This document shows, piece by piece, positions 7,471 to 16,140 of a DNA stretch of 64,000 nucleotides. This stretch comes from Minisyncoccota bacterium (GTDB lineage: Bacteria > Patescibacteriota > Minisyncoccia > Minisyncoccales > CG1-02-41-26), in assembly GCA_028718785.1 (NCBI GenBank), contig JAQULB010000004.1, positions 2,525 to 66,524 of the forward strand, read 5' to 3'. Position 1 is the stretch's first letter. The number at the start of each line of letters is the position of its first letter. The position numbers and the translations under genes are program-made. Under the pieces are notes generated by a model. The model did no database searches. It worked only from the letters and a program-made list of their open reading frames with translations, and was not told where the DNA came from.

Positions 7471-8982
7471 ATGACAAAAATATTTCAGAAAACATATTTT
7501 TATGTTTCGCTTATTAGTTGTTTAGCTCTTTTGTTTTGTCTTGCGCCAAAGATTACCGAGGCCGCTTCTTTGAACTTCGCGCTCAATCCCTATCAAGGTG
7601 AAATTAGACCGGGCGGAGCAATTTTAATTGGAACAAACCCAATTTTTGATACCAATGAAGCCACTATTGAGGCCTGGATTAACCCGAAAAGCTATCCAAC
7701 GGGTATTGGCGAAGATGAAGGGCGAACTATTTTATGGAATGGCGATGGCACAGGAGGACACGATCCTTATTGGATTTTGTTAAATACCAGTGGGCGGTTA
7801 GAGGCCAGAGTTGACTATGACTCGCCTTACCAACAGCATATTTTCGTTTCCTCTGACCCCATAGAGCTGAACACTTGGCACCACTTTGCTTTAGTTATTG
7901 GGGCAGTTTCAACGGACTTATACATTGATGGCGTAAAACAGCCCGGAACATTCCTAAATGGCGGTCCAGCTTGCAAAGGCACAAACTATTTAGCTGTGGG
8001 GCGAAGTATGTGGCACTGGAATCCTTATGAGGGTTTAATAGACGAAATGAGAATTTGGAAAGTAGCCAGAACAGTAACGGAGATTCAAAATGATAGATGG
8101 ACTGGAAGCGTATCAGGCGATAATCCAGATTTAGTTGCTTATTGGGACTATGAGCAGGGCGCTAACTCAAGCGTGCTTTACGATTTAACGCCAAACCATC
8201 TTAATGGAGGGATTCAGGGTTGCACTTGGACTAATGAAAGCGCGCCTGCTCCTCCTTGCCAGGCAGATGTCTGGTCGTGTGGTGAGTGGAATGCTTGCTC
8301 TATTTCTGGCACTCAAACAAGAACCTGCGCTAAAACTTTTGAATGTTCAACCGTAGACACCCCCTCCCCAGCAACCTCGCAGAGCTGTGTTTATACCCCA
8401 CCAACCTGTACCTCTTGGATTTATTCGGATTGGTCTGCTTGTCAGCCAAATGGCACTCAAACAAGAAGCATCGCAAGCTCTACTCCTAATGGCTGTGCTG
8501 GCGGTAATCCAGTTTTAACTCAAAATTGTATTTATACACCATCACCATGTACTGCCGATGTTTGGTCGTGCGGTGAATGGGGATTTTGCTTTGTAAATGG
8601 AAAACAAAGCCGAAATTGCACTAAAACATTTGATTGCTTAACTGCAAATACACCCTCACCAGCTACTTCGCAAAAATGTACTTATCAGAAACCCACATGT
8701 ACTGCAGACACATGGACTTGCGGTGCATGGGGAGAATGCTCGCTTTCTGGGATACAGAATCGTAGTTGCACTAAAACCTTTGACTGCCCGGATATTCAAA
8801 CAGCGCCACCGACAACCGAACAATATTGTAAGGCCCCGAATAAGCCCACAAATCAATCTTCTTCAAGTGATGAGGCTACGATAGCGCAATTAAAATCACA
8901 AATCGCAGACCTTCAGAGACAAATAATGATTTTGCTTACTCAACTAATTCAGGTATTGCAACAACAGTTAGGCCACCGATAA
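7471..8982 (+). CDS. Secreted LamG/concanavalin-A-like lectin-domain protein with four Cys/Trp-rich thrombospondin-type-1-like repeats
   Basis: It has a signal peptide and a LamG-type region (EAWINPKSYP..DEMRIWKVARTVTEIQ). Four ~48-aa repeats follow the pattern C..D.W.CG.W..C...G.Q.R.C.KTF.C......P, then a C-terminal coiled-coil. Confidence 0.75.
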   Translation: MTKIFQKTYFYVSLISCLALLFCLAPKITEAASLNFALNPYQGEIRPGGAILIGTNPIFDTNEATIEAWINPKSYPTGIGEDEGRTILWNGDGTGGHDPYWILLNTSGRLEARVDYDSPYQQHIFVSSDPIELNTWHHFALVIGAVSTDLYIDGVKQPGTFLNGGPACKGTNYLAVGRSMWHWNPYEGLIDEMRIWKVARTVTEIQNDRWTGSVSGDNPDLVAYWDYEQGANSSVLYDLTPNHLNGGIQGCTWTNESAPAPPCQADVWSCGEWNACSISGTQTRTCAKTFECSTVDTPSPATSQSCVYTPPTCTSWIYSDWSACQPNGTQTRSIASSTPNGCAGGNPVLTQNCIYTPSPCTADVWSCGEWGFCFVNGKQSRNCTKTFDCLTANTPSPATSQKCTYQKPTCTADTWTCGAWGECSLSGIQNRSCTKTFDCPDIQTAPPTTEQYCKAPNKPTNQSSSSDEATIAQLKSQIADLQRQIMILLTQLIQVLQQQLGHR

Positions 8983-8992
8983 GAACCAATAA

Positions 8993-9060
8993 AAATTGCA
9001 CAGGTGTGCAAAAATAGAACTTGGCGTTTTTAGAAATTAACCCGAAGTTGTTTTTACCTG
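8993..9060. repeat. Degenerate repeat copy A, containing the TGCAC-AGGT-GTGCA palindrome at 8997-9010
   Basis: It shares three blocks with copy B (12232-12300): TTGCACA-N2-TGTGCA, GCGTTTTT-N-GAAATT and GTTGTTTT. More TGCAC motifs occur at 9083-9204. Confidence 0.5.
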
Positions 9061-9249
9061 AAAAGTATCCCTTTGGCGTTGCACAAATAGGTCATTTAAT
9101 GATCCAAAAAGCTTATTTTTATTGAACAAATTGGAACTAAAAATGCACAATGGTGTAAAATAACTCAATAAATAAACTTTGCACAATTCGTGCACCTTTG
9201 CACCTTTTTGTATTAGTAATCCTTGAATTTCTACCGGGTAGCCTCTACA

Positions 9250-9389
9250 ATGCCCCTTTTTGCCCCAAAATGCCCGCTCACGCCACGATTCAGAGGCATA
9301 GGGAGCTTAAGTAGTAGGTAGATACTACTTTGGACAAACGGTTGCCGAACCCCTTGCCTGTAAGCATAGGAAAAGGCAAAAAAGGGCAT
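9250..9389. other. GC-enriched structured island (candidate ncRNA or palindromic-element remnant)
   Basis: The 15-bp inverted repeat ATGCCCCTTTTTGCC (9250-9264) / GGCAAAAAAGGGCAT (9375-9389) encloses the hairpin AAGTAGTA-ggtaga-TACTACTT. It also encloses a half-copy of the GGCAACC palindrome, ACGGTTGCCG at 9338-9347. Confidence 0.3.
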
Positions 9390-9530
9390 TTTATTTGCCA
9401 CTTGCGGCTCGGTTTTATTACAATGTACTTTAATTCTGCCCCCTGCACAGGAATTGAATCCTTCTTTACAATTAGCTTTTTAGCGCTAAAATCAAATTAA
9501 AACAGAGGGATAAGTTAAAGTTTTGAGATT

Positions 9531-10175
9531 ATGCCCAATCGATTCCTTGAAAAAAATAAAACCTATTTTGAGCTCATCGGGGTTATGGCAGCAATTGGAG
9601 CGATTTTTTTGACTATTCCAACGCCCGAAAATGATAAGGCTCAAAATGCCCTGATGAACATCCAGTTAATTTGGCTAATAATAATTTCTGTCTCTCTTTT
9701 GTTGCTTTTTTATAAATTTTTTAGATTCTTTCTTCTTGTAGAAGATTTGGCAGAAAAAAATGGCTTACATTTTTATAGTTCATTGGCAGTGATACCATTT
9801 TTTATGGGTGGTTTAATTCTTTATCATTTATGGAGGTACATTTTTATAATATATGGTAGTAATTACAAAGGTTCTATTTTACAGTATTTGTTGGGGATAG
9901 TATTTTCCATATATATAGCTTTTACCATTTTTGTTTCTAAAAAATTTATCCAAGATTATTTACACAAAAAGATCGGCCCATATCTTTTTAAAATTTTTTC
10001 CTATTTGTTGATTTCTAGTGCAGTAGTTTCTTTTTTATTCTATTTACTAAATTTAAGATTCCAAATTGATCGGTGGTTTTCTTCTTTTCTTTTAACCTTC
10101 TTGATAGCATATTGTATAGTTGTGTTTTATAGTTATTGGTATATTAAAAATAATCCTCATATTAAGAAACTTTGA
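9531..10175 (+). CDS. Hypothetical polytopic membrane protein
   Basis: 214 aa with about six hydrophobic segments. No family recognised. Confidence 0.5.
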   Translation: MPNRFLEKNKTYFELIGVMAAIGAIFLTIPTPENDKAQNALMNIQLIWLIIISVSLLLLFYKFFRFFLLVEDLAEKNGLHFYSSLAVIPFFMGGLILYHLWRYIFIIYGSNYKGSILQYLLGIVFSIYIAFTIFVSKKFIQDYLHKKIGPYLFKIFSYLLISSAVVSFLFYLLNLRFQIDRWFSSFLLTFLIAYCIVVFYSYWYIKNNPHIKKL

Positions 10176-10347
10176 CTAAAAAAGTTCCGTGTCGTAAATT
10201 GCTCGCATGTTGAACAATGTTCTAACCCCGATATAACAGTAAGGGCGATATTTCGCAGAAGCGGAATTTGATAAAAGGGCCACATTGGAATTAAATAATA
10301 CTAACAGGGAATAATTTATAAATACCTATTACGAGAGTCGCTTAATG

Positions 10348-10377
10348 TTTTTTGGGTTGAAGTAACCCAAAAAAATT
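10348..10377. terminator. Bidirectional intrinsic terminator
   Basis: TTTTTTGGGTT-gaagt-AACCCAAAAAAA. Confidence 0.5.
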
Positions 10378-10401
10378 CATTTGGCTATTTCTACTGAAAG
10401 T

Positions 10402-10962
10402 ATGCGGAAACCGAATACTCAAGATTTACAAAACTTTACAAAAGAATATTTTAAAAAGAACCCCCCTATTGTTAAGTGGAAAAAGATAGACTGCAATGGG
10501 TTAGCAGATACAGAAAATAATATAATCTATTTAAACCCTGAAAATTCTGAAAAAGAATTTGGTTGTCAGGTGACTGAGGGTTCCTATAAACCAAAAACTA
10601 GAATAAGATTTAAAGATGGTGAACAATATTTTGCTGTCCTTCTCCACGAAATAGCAGAGTTTAAGTTCTACGGTAAGATAAAACCTCCTAAATGTTTTAA
10701 GGAAATCAAGAATAAAATAATAAAAAAACTTCGAAGAGAGGCCGTTGAAAAATCAAAAAAATTAAAAACAGAATATAAGGAGCCTACTTTGGATGATGTG
10801 GCTTACTTGGCACAAGATTGCTTTGAAGACCCTGGAGATCACTGTGAATTTCGTGCTTGGCTTTTAGGAAGACTAAATATCGACCACATTAAAGTGGAAG
10901 ATTGGGCAGTTCAAAAATTTAAAAAGAGAAGAAAAGACATAGCTATTCTTCTATCGGATTAA
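10402..10962 (+). CDS. Hypothetical protein (LLHEIAEF, a possibly degenerate zincin-like motif)
   Basis: From the ORF track. I prefer the ATG at 10402, because the track start at 10381 is a TTG directly abutting the terminator. Confidence 0.45.
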   Translation: MRKPNTQDLQNFTKEYFKKNPPIVKWKKIDCNGLADTENNIIYLNPENSEKEFGCQVTEGSYKPKTRIRFKDGEQYFAVLLHEIAEFKFYGKIKPPKCFKEIKNKIIKKLRREAVEKSKKLKTEYKEPTLDDVAYLAQDCFEDPGDHCEFRAWLLGRLNIDHIKVEDWAVQKFKKRRKDIAILLSD

Positions 10963-10984
10963 AAAATACATTGAAATTCAGACA

Positions 10985-11047
10985 GTCACTCCAAGCCACG
11001 CTTTTTGGCGTTTTTAAAAAAGTTCGGATTCCATAGACATGCACAAT
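10985..11047. repeat. Degenerate repeat copy C
   Basis: It contains GTCACT, CTTTTTGGCGTTTTTAAAAAAGTT and ATGCACAA. It shares GTCACT with copy B and TTGGCGTTTTTA with copy A. Confidence 0.4.
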
Positions 11048-11048
11048 A

Positions 11049-11750
11049 TCATACAGTGGGATTACCTGACCCAGAATCTGGATCTTCAGGATAGAATCTA
11101 CTTTTTTGGACTATATGAAATTGTTTAGCTTTTTCCCTCATTTTCTCAACTTCAATCTTCGGCATTTGTTTAAATGTTTTATTCTTAGCATCAATTGTTG
11201 CCACCTTTGTTTCTCCACCAACTCCACTTCCTCCTTGGCGTGCAGTTTCTTCAATACATAATACAGCCATCTCGGCTACTCCGTTCATTTTCACTTCTGT
11301 TTCATATACGCTAGTTAAGATATAATCAGCAATATAAGGAACTCCGATACATTCATAGCCAACCATGCATTTTCTTGGAACAAAATTATCGTTACTTTCC
11401 AATCTATAAATTTCCGCAGTTTCCTCCTTTGAATAACCAACTAAAATAAGAGATAGCCTGGGTCTTTTTTCTGGAGATAGATGTTCAAAAAAATCATTAA
11501 ATTTCGCTTTACCTTTTTGTCTCATTTCTTCGGCTAAATGCAAAACTCCTTGGCTATAATTTAACTCTCCTTTTATTTGGTCGAGAAAATATGTTGCTAA
11601 TCCCCCATCTCCCGATATACCAACAGCATTACTACTTCCAATAGAAAAAATTTTAATCACCTTGTCGTTGCTAGTTAGCTCACCCGTGGCCTGGCTATCA
11701 GAAGCAATAACAATTCCATCTTTAGTTTTTAGACCTATAACGAGTGTCAT
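11049..11750 (-). CDS. Proteasome beta-subunit-like Ntn peptidase (stand-alone, Anbu/BPH/HslV-like)
   Basis: The N-terminus is M-TLVIGLKTKDGIVIASDSQAT. Thr1 follows Met directly, with Asp17 and Lys32/33 at proteasome-type positions. The GSGVGG region is also typical of the T1 family. Confidence 0.8.
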   Translation of the reverse strand: MTLVIGLKTKDGIVIASDSQATGELTSNDKVIKIFSIGSSNAVGISGDGGLATYFLDQIKGELNYSQGVLHLAEEMRQKGKAKFNDFFEHLSPEKRPRLSLILVGYSKEETAEIYRLESNDNFVPRKCMVGYECIGVPYIADYILTSVYETEVKMNGVAEMAVLCIEETARQGGSGVGGETKVATIDAKNKTFKQMPKIEVEKMREKAKQFHIVQKSRFYPEDPDSGSGNPTV

Positions 11751-12104
11751 TTAATTGAGGTTTACCTTTACTTCCAAGGGACTAATTGGCTCCTTGGGAT
11801 TATATTGAGGGACATATTGTTTATACATCTGTTTTTCTACAGCTTTTCTTTTTTCATCCCCTTTAATTGGAGCATATCTAAAAGAAAATTCTCCCTGCTT
11901 TAAGAAACTATCTTCTTTAGATAGGAGTAAGCTCAATTCATTTTTTATGTCAGTAGCGCTCCCAATGAAAATAACATAAAACTTACCATCGGATTCTTTT
12001 TTGGATATACGAAAAACACCTTCAACTATACCATTTAATCTATCCATCCCCTCAGGGGTTAACGGTACGAGGGTGGACCATACTAAATTTATATCGTAAT
12101 TCAT
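11751..12104 (-). CDS. GIY-YIG-like domain protein (Arg of the canonical motif not evident)
   Basis: Motifs are GVFRISKK..GKFYVIFIGSATDIKNEL (GIY...YIG-like) and EKQMYKQYVPQYNP (E...P.YN). The stop abuts the peptidase ATG. I use the ATG at 12104 with AAGGA upstream, as the track start is a TTG. Confidence 0.5.
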   Translation of the reverse strand: MNYDINLVWSTLVPLTPEGMDRLNGIVEGVFRISKKESDGKFYVIFIGSATDIKNELSLLLSKEDSFLKQGEFSFRYAPIKGDEKRKAVEKQMYKQYVPQYNPKEPISPLEVKVNLN

Positions 12105-12231
12105 AGGTTCCTTAAAATATATTATGATTATACACTTTACCAAGAATAAAATCTACATCAAGCTTTCATAAAAATAAATTATGTTCCCCGATAAAATACA
12201 GGCGCTTTATAAGGAGTGGTTGAGGTTTGAC

Positions 12232-12300
12232 TTTTTGCACAAATGTGCACAGAAGTCACTTTTTAGCGTTTTTGGAAATTTAGTTGCGGTTGTTTTCGCC
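12232..12300. repeat. Degenerate repeat copy B, containing the TGCAC-AAAT-GTGCA palindrome at 12236-12249
   Basis: See copy A. It lies about 130 bp upstream of the GIY-YIG-like/peptidase operon. Confidence 0.5.
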
Positions 12301-12514
12301 CGTGGAGTAGTATTTTTACCTACTCTCTTTTTTTTTACCGATTATTAAAGAGAAACAAACTTTTATTTATAATACTCTGAGTAAGTTGGCAGTTTTATTG
12401 AAAATTCAAACGGTATCAATTTTACGCTATTATCGCCCACACAATGTCGGGTAGTGTCCCAACTATGCCGATTGATAAGCTCATATTTTAAATTTATTGC
12501 TTATAAAAATTAAT

Positions 12515-13135
12515 TTATAAATGACGACTGTCATTAAACGCCTCAATACTCCAAACATTGTCTTTTTTTTCACAAAGCGTAATGCTGGTGTTGTAGATTC
12601 TAAAAGTATCTGTAAAGCTATAAAAAATTTCAGGCGTTACCATATTCCCCAAAGCCATTAACAATGCAATCATTTTAATTGTGCCTCCATGCGAAACAAC
12701 CAAAATATTTTCTTGCCTTGCTTCTATGGTTAAAAAATCTAAAAACTTTTTCACCCTGTTTTTAAAATCAATAAAATTTTCCTCGTCAGAATAATGCCAA
12801 TCTGGGTCGTTTTGATGGGCATTAAGTATTTTATGCAATTCCAGCGAAGCTGGATCGTCTCTTTTCTTGCCAACAAACTCTGATGGCCTTTTCCACTCTT
12901 GAATTAAATCAGAATAAACTATTTCTTTTTTTAATTTTTTATTTATAATTTCAGCGGTGTGCTTCGCCCTTTTCATAGGACTTGAAAAAATAACATCAAC
13001 TGGAATTTTTAAAAATCTTTTAGTCAAAACCCCTGCTTGCTTTAAGCCCCTTTCAGATAACTCCACAGTATGGTCTTGGCGTATATTTAAAACATTGTGC
13101 CCTGTTTCCCCATGCCTCACAAAATACACTTTCAT
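12515..13135 (-). CDS. Histidine phosphatase family protein (phosphoglycerate-mutase-like)
   Basis: The N-terminal VYFVRHGETGHN carries the RHG motif, and a SHGG motif occurs later. Confidence 0.85.
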   Translation of the reverse strand: MKVYFVRHGETGHNVLNIRQDHTVELSERGLKQAGVLTKRFLKIPVDVIFSSPMKRAKHTAEIINKKLKKEIVYSDLIQEWKRPSEFVGKKRDDPASLELHKILNAHQNDPDWHYSDEENFIDFKNRVKKFLDFLTIEARQENILVVSHGGTIKMIALLMALGNMVTPEIFYSFTDTFRIYNTSITLCEKKDNVWSIEAFNDSRHL

Positions 13136-13140
13136 ATTTT

Positions 13141-13683
13141 TTAAATTTCTAATTGCATTATTATTTTTACAATAAGTTTTCCTTTGTATTGAACAGAATT
13201 GGGGATTTTCGCCACTGGCTTAAAACCCATCTTCTTATATAAAGCAATGGCTGGTAAATTGCCTTCATAAACTCCTAATTCAATTATTTTTGGAGTTGGT
13301 CTTAAATCTGCCTTTGCCATTTTGATTGAATTTTCCATTAAATACTTGCCCAAGCCAATTCCGCGAAACCCCTGTTTAACAGCAATGCCAAGCCCGCCAA
13401 TATGGTTGCTTCTTTCTCGTTCAAGTAATATATTGCAAGTTCCCACTATTTCTTTGTTATTTTCAGCGATTAAATAAACTGCTTTGCGTTGTTTTACCTC
13501 TTTTAAGCGGCGTTTTAGCCATTCTAATTCGTCTTTTTTTGTCTTTTTAGTATTCATTAAAATCATGGCGTCCTCAGCAATCAAAGAATTAACAAATTTT
13601 TGAAATTTTTCTGGCTGGTTAACATCGCTTGGCGTCAACTTGCGAATTATTATTTTTTTGTCCCCAAAAATTCTCGTTTCCAT
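13141..13683 (-). CDS. GNAT family N-acetyltransferase
   Basis: GIAVKQGFRGIGLGKYLM is the acetyl-CoA-binding motif. The start was moved to METRIFG, which avoids overlap with the upstream gene. Confidence 0.8.
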   Translation of the reverse strand: METRIFGDKKIIIRKLTPSDVNQPEKFQKFVNSLIAEDAMILMNTKKTKKDELEWLKRRLKEVKQRKAVYLIAENNKEIVGTCNILLERERSNHIGGLGIAVKQGFRGIGLGKYLMENSIKMAKADLRPTPKIIELGVYEGNLPAIALYKKMGFKPVAKIPNSVQYKGKLIVKIIMQLEI

Positions 13684-13693
13684 AAATTTATTT

Positions 13694-14368
13694 TTAAAAA
13701 ATATTGAGTAAATCTGGCAGTGAGCAAATTGTGAAGTCAACAATATCCTCTGGGATATCCTGGCGGTTAGTAGAATTAAAAAATACGGTTGTTATTCCTA
13801 ATTGTTTAGCAACATCTAAACTTCGTTCAATATTATCATCAATCATTGCGGATTCTTCTGGCTTGGCTTTAGCGTCTTTTAAAACTGCTTTAAAAAAGGC
13901 AGGGTCTGGTTTGTGCAAGCCATAATCCTCTGATATTCCCAAAACCTTAAAGTGGCCAAATAACCCAGCTTGTCTTAAAACATTTTTTATATCTGAAGAG
14001 TAATTAGAAATTATGCCCAAAGAGTAATTTTTTGAAAGTTTTTTAATCACTTCCAAGGCGTTTGGGATAATGGGCATGTTTTGTAAAATTTTTGTTCCTT
14101 GAGCGTGGATTTCATTCTTAATTTTTTCAGCTAATTCTTTGTCGCCTGTTAGTATCTCTAAAATATTTTGCCTTAAAGAGCCATGCATTTTGCTGGCTTG
14201 TTTAACCACATCTTCAAAATCTTCTTCTGATATTTTGGGTTTTATTTTTTTGGCCTGTGAGAGCAAAATGTCTTTACGCCAAATATTATATTCTGATTCA
14301 TCTCTTAACACCCCGCCAATATCAAAAAATATCCATTTTATTCTTTGTTGTGATGTTTCAGGTTTCAT
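13694..14368 (-). CDS. HAD-superfamily hydrolase
   Basis: WIFFDIGGVL fits motif I. IISN, K-P and IDDN fit motifs II-IV. Confidence 0.8.
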   Translation of the reverse strand: MKPETSQQRIKWIFFDIGGVLRDESEYNIWRKDILLSQAKKIKPKISEEDFEDVVKQASKMHGSLRQNILEILTGDKELAEKIKNEIHAQGTKILQNMPIIPNALEVIKKLSKNYSLGIISNYSSDIKNVLRQAGLFGHFKVLGISEDYGLHKPDPAFFKAVLKDAKAKPEESAMIDDNIERSLDVAKQLGITTVFFNSTNRQDIPEDIVDFTICSLPDLLNIF

Positions 14369-15126
14369 ATTTCAAGTTTTAAGATTCTAACCGCTTTGCG
14401 GTAGTTACAGTATGGGCAGTTAAAACTGGATTCTGGTATTGTTTCGCTTTCTAAACAGGCCTTTATATCAAACAGGGTTTGCTCTATCCAAGACGGGTTG
14501 CCTTTATACGGAAGCAGTTTTACATCAAACTCTAACTTTCCATCAAAGGCCTGTTTGTCGGTTATGCCATTGCAATAAACAAAATAGCCAATATCTGAAA
14601 CCTTAAAGCCGTTTTGTCTAAAAAGCCATTGATAAACTTCCATTTGGCGTTTATAACCAATTTGCCAGTCAGCGTCAAGGTTTACTTCACCATCTTTAGA
14701 GGTGGCTTTGTAGTCAACAATTATAAGTTCTTTTGTTTTGGTGTTTTCCCACACATCGTCTACTCCCCCTGTAATATAAAAATTAGTGGACTGATGCAAA
14801 TAACATATTCCCCCACTCAAAGCGTTTCGCCACTCATCCATTAATTCATTTTGATATGGCACAACATTATCAAGGCCATATTTTTCAATAAACGGATGGG
14901 CTGTTTGCTTGGCCCGATGGATATCAAATTCTTTTTTTAAAAGCGTGTCCACCGCTGTGTTTAAAGTAAAAGGAAATCCTGGGGGTTGAGGTATGCCTAA
15001 TTTTCTATCTAAATAAAAACATCTTGGGCAGTTTAAAAATAAATCAATTTTTGAACGGCTTATTCTGTAGGGTTCTTTTTGCCCTGAAGTGTAATTACCT
15101 CGCTTGGTGTAAATTTTTTCTTGCAT
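14365..15126 (-). CDS. PD-(D/E)XK nuclease, Cas4/RecB-like with Cys cluster
   Basis: It has an N-terminal CPRCFY, a GGVDDV...IVDYKAT core (D...D/ExK) and a C-terminal CPYCNY. Confidence 0.7.
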   Translation of the reverse strand: MQEKIYTKRGNYTSGQKEPYRISRSKIDLFLNCPRCFYLDRKLGIPQPPGFPFTLNTAVDTLLKKEFDIHRAKQTAHPFIEKYGLDNVVPYQNELMDEWRNALSGGICYLHQSTNFYITGGVDDVWENTKTKELIIVDYKATSKDGEVNLDADWQIGYKRQMEVYQWLFRQNGFKVSDIGYFVYCNGITDKQAFDGKLEFDVKLLPYKGNPSWIEQTLFDIKACLESETIPESSFNCPYCNYRKAVRILKLEI

Positions 15127-15344
15127 ATCTTAGAAGTCGTTAATGAATGAAATGAATTTACGAATTCTTAGATCCTGTTAAACGCTCTCTCAAAAAGCGT
15201 TTAATCGGGAATTCCTTTATTTAATTTCAATAATTTTGAAGCACATTGCCATAATAACATTTTGAATTTTGCAAAACAAACACGCTTTTACTGAGAATCC
15301 AATAAAAGCGCGTTAAAATATTCTAATATCTCTACCTCTCAAGG

Positions 15345-15572
15345 TTAATGGGCAAAATCAATTTCCGCAATTTTACGGGAATTAGTTTTGCCCGCTAAGA
15401 TCTTTATGTTATTTTGCGGTATTTTAAAATATTTTGCAAGGATTTTAATAACAGCAATGTTGGCTTTGCCTTGTTCTGGAAGTTGCTTAACATGAACTTC
15501 AAAATTGTTGTTCCCCATTTCAACTACTTTTTCCTGTTTGGCCTTTGTTTTAACTTTTATATTTACTTTCAT
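15345..15572 (-). CDS. DUF167 (YggU) family protein
   Basis: The sequence MKVNIKVKTKAKQEKVV...VHVKQLPEQGKAN..ILAKYFKIP...I..G..SR.K resembles YggU. The start was moved to M24 of the track ORF. Confidence 0.7.
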   Translation of the reverse strand: MKVNIKVKTKAKQEKVVEMGNNNFEVHVKQLPEQGKANIAVIKILAKYFKIPQNNIKILAGKTNSRKIAEIDFAH

Positions 15573-15615
15573 TGATATAGCGCAATTCTGCCGATCGTTC
15601 AAATTGCGTATAGAT

Positions 15616-16089
15616 TCAAATTTTATAGCTATCGCCCCCAAGGTTTTCTAAATACATTTTAGCTCCTTCTAAAATTGCTATTTTAAAATATTGTTCCAAA
15701 TTGTCTTTTGTTAATTTAACCCACTGAAAGCCAGTATGTTCCTCGCTTATTTTTATGTCTCCTTTAATATATTTTGCTTCAAAAAATACATTAAGCGCGT
15801 GAGCCGGACCCCCTAACGGACTTTCAGTTTTTGTGCTTGAAGCGCGCCCCAATCCCACTGGCTTTAATGTTAAATCAAATTTAACCTCGCCAATTTCTTC
15901 TGTTAATTCTCTTTTTATAATTTTATCAAAAGGCGTTTTAAATTCGTCAAAATTTATTCGCCCACCCGGTAAATCATAAAAACCTTTATAAATACTGTCT
16001 TCTCTGGAACTTAAAATTAAAACCTCTCCCTTATCATTTTTAAGGAAAACTTTTAACGAAACTTGATAGAAATCTTTTTGATTTGGCAT
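15616..16089 (-). CDS. NUDIX hydrolase
   Basis: The Nudix box is GGRINFDEFKTPFDKIIKRELTEEIGE. Confidence 0.85.
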   Translation of the reverse strand: MPNQKDFYQVSLKVFLKNDKGEVLILSSREDSIYKGFYDLPGGRINFDEFKTPFDKIIKRELTEEIGEVKFDLTLKPVGLGRASSTKTESPLGGPAHALNVFFEAKYIKGDIKISEEHTGFQWVKLTKDNLEQYFKIAILEGAKMYLENLGGDSYKI

Positions 16090-16140
16090 ACGATTTTACT
16101 TTACCACTTTAAGAAAAAAGTTAAAGGCGTGACAGCTCGG

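Noticed and set aside
9228-9250. UAGCCUCUACAAUG resembles the 3' end of fluoride (crcB) riboswitches.
   Set aside because: The upstream conserved GGNGANG/pseudoknot partner is absent, and the downstream 214-aa, six-TM protein does not look like CrcB.
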